From: Octopus sinensis
Lineage: Eukaryota
Assembly: GCF_006345805.1 (NCBI RefSeq)
Contig: NW_021824974.1
Span: 1-16,949 of the forward strand
Direction: 5' to 3'
DNA length: 16,949 nt
The position numbers and the translations under genes were made by a program. A model generated the notes under the pieces. It saw only the letters and a program-made list of their open reading frames with translations, was not told the DNA's origin and made no database searches. The number at the start of each line of letters is the position of its first letter. Positions within the stretch are counted from its first letter, which is position 1. Of this stretch, positions 16,259-16,949 are shown piece after piece.

Positions 16259-16434
16259 CATCCTCCCTATGACACCATGAACACGTTGAAGTGTACAGCA
16301 GACAGGAAAGGTGCCTCTGCATTTTCCATCTCAGATGCCCCCCCCGCAAGATCTTAGGCCTAACATGGCGCAACAAGGTCAGCAATGTTGATGTACCCTT
16401 ATTTCATTTGTTTTTTTTTTTATTCTAATTTCAG

Positions 16435-16551
16435 GGCCGTAAAGTTCTACAGAAATATGTGGCCATTTATGCTGCACACTTAATCAATGAGGGACAGAGC
16501 ATCCAGGCCCTTGAACTGTACACAATGTATGGGGCACCAGCTAGCCAACAG
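16435..16551 (+). CDS. IFT172: IFT172 coding exon I (gene continues beyond window)
   Basis: Acceptor ttctaatttcag. Reads [39 protein letters not shown], matching recalled KYVALYATHLIREG...YVQHGAPANPQ. Donor CAG|gtaggg at 16552. 117 nt. Confidence 0.95.
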
Positions 16552-16624
16552 GTAGGGGTCAGTTTTTGACATAGACATATGATATTTTTATGTGTGTGAA
16601 ATGTTGTATGTTATGGTATGCTTC

Positions 16625-16702
16625 ATTGTCATCGTCATCATTATCATCACCAACATTTAATGTTCATTTTCCATGCCGGCATGGGTTGGACAGTTTGGCA
16701 GG
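16625..16702 (-). mobile_element. Family D tail fragment, antisense
   Basis: (cat)n followed by tttaatgttcattttccatgccggcatgggttggacag. Confidence 0.65.
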
Positions 16703-16837
16703 AGCTGGCGAGTATTGTTAACTAAGTTACTACTGACTAATGGAGGTTGGTTAGAATCATTGTTAATATACTGCAACTTAGAAAATTTATTATATGTATC
16801 TATGATTATAGATGTGTGTCTGGATATTCTTTTATTC

Positions 16838-16949
16838 TTTTACTTGTTTCGGTCATTTGACTGAGGCCATGCTGGAGCACCATGTTAAAGGGTTTTCTTA
16901 GTTGAAGAAGTTGACCCCAGGACTATTTCTTTGTAAGCCTAGTACTTAT
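16838..16949 (-). mobile_element. SINE family B tail, antisense, runs off the window
   Basis: tttacttgtttcggtcatttgactgaggccatgctggagcacc...gtaagcctagtacttat. Confidence 0.8.

Overview
Eukaryotic, repeat-rich genomic DNA, most likely octopus or another coleoid cephalopod (inferred from the SINE and microsatellite content, not verified). The window holds nine consecutive internal coding exons (975 nt, 325 codons) of IFT172, intraflagellar transport protein 172, on the + strand. All introns are GT-AG, phases are compatible and there are no stops. The gene extends beyond both window edges. The introns are almost filled with tRNA-derived SINEs (several as tandem arrays or inverted pairs), a 1126-bp solo LTR with a 4-bp target-site duplication nested in a 95-bp satellite, and long microsatellites. 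The most interesting signal is three hammerhead-ribozyme motifs of the minimal type carried by Penelope-like retroelements, sitting in two (TA)n-flanked fold-back elements. One is a 360-bp palindrome (13276-13635) with a ribozyme on each strand, each pairable with its own antisense. The other is a different-sequence ribozyme at 5423-5485, downstream of a 122-bp palindrome. All long ORFs in the supplied track other than exon-overlapping ones are repeat artefacts. All alignments and folds were done by eye.
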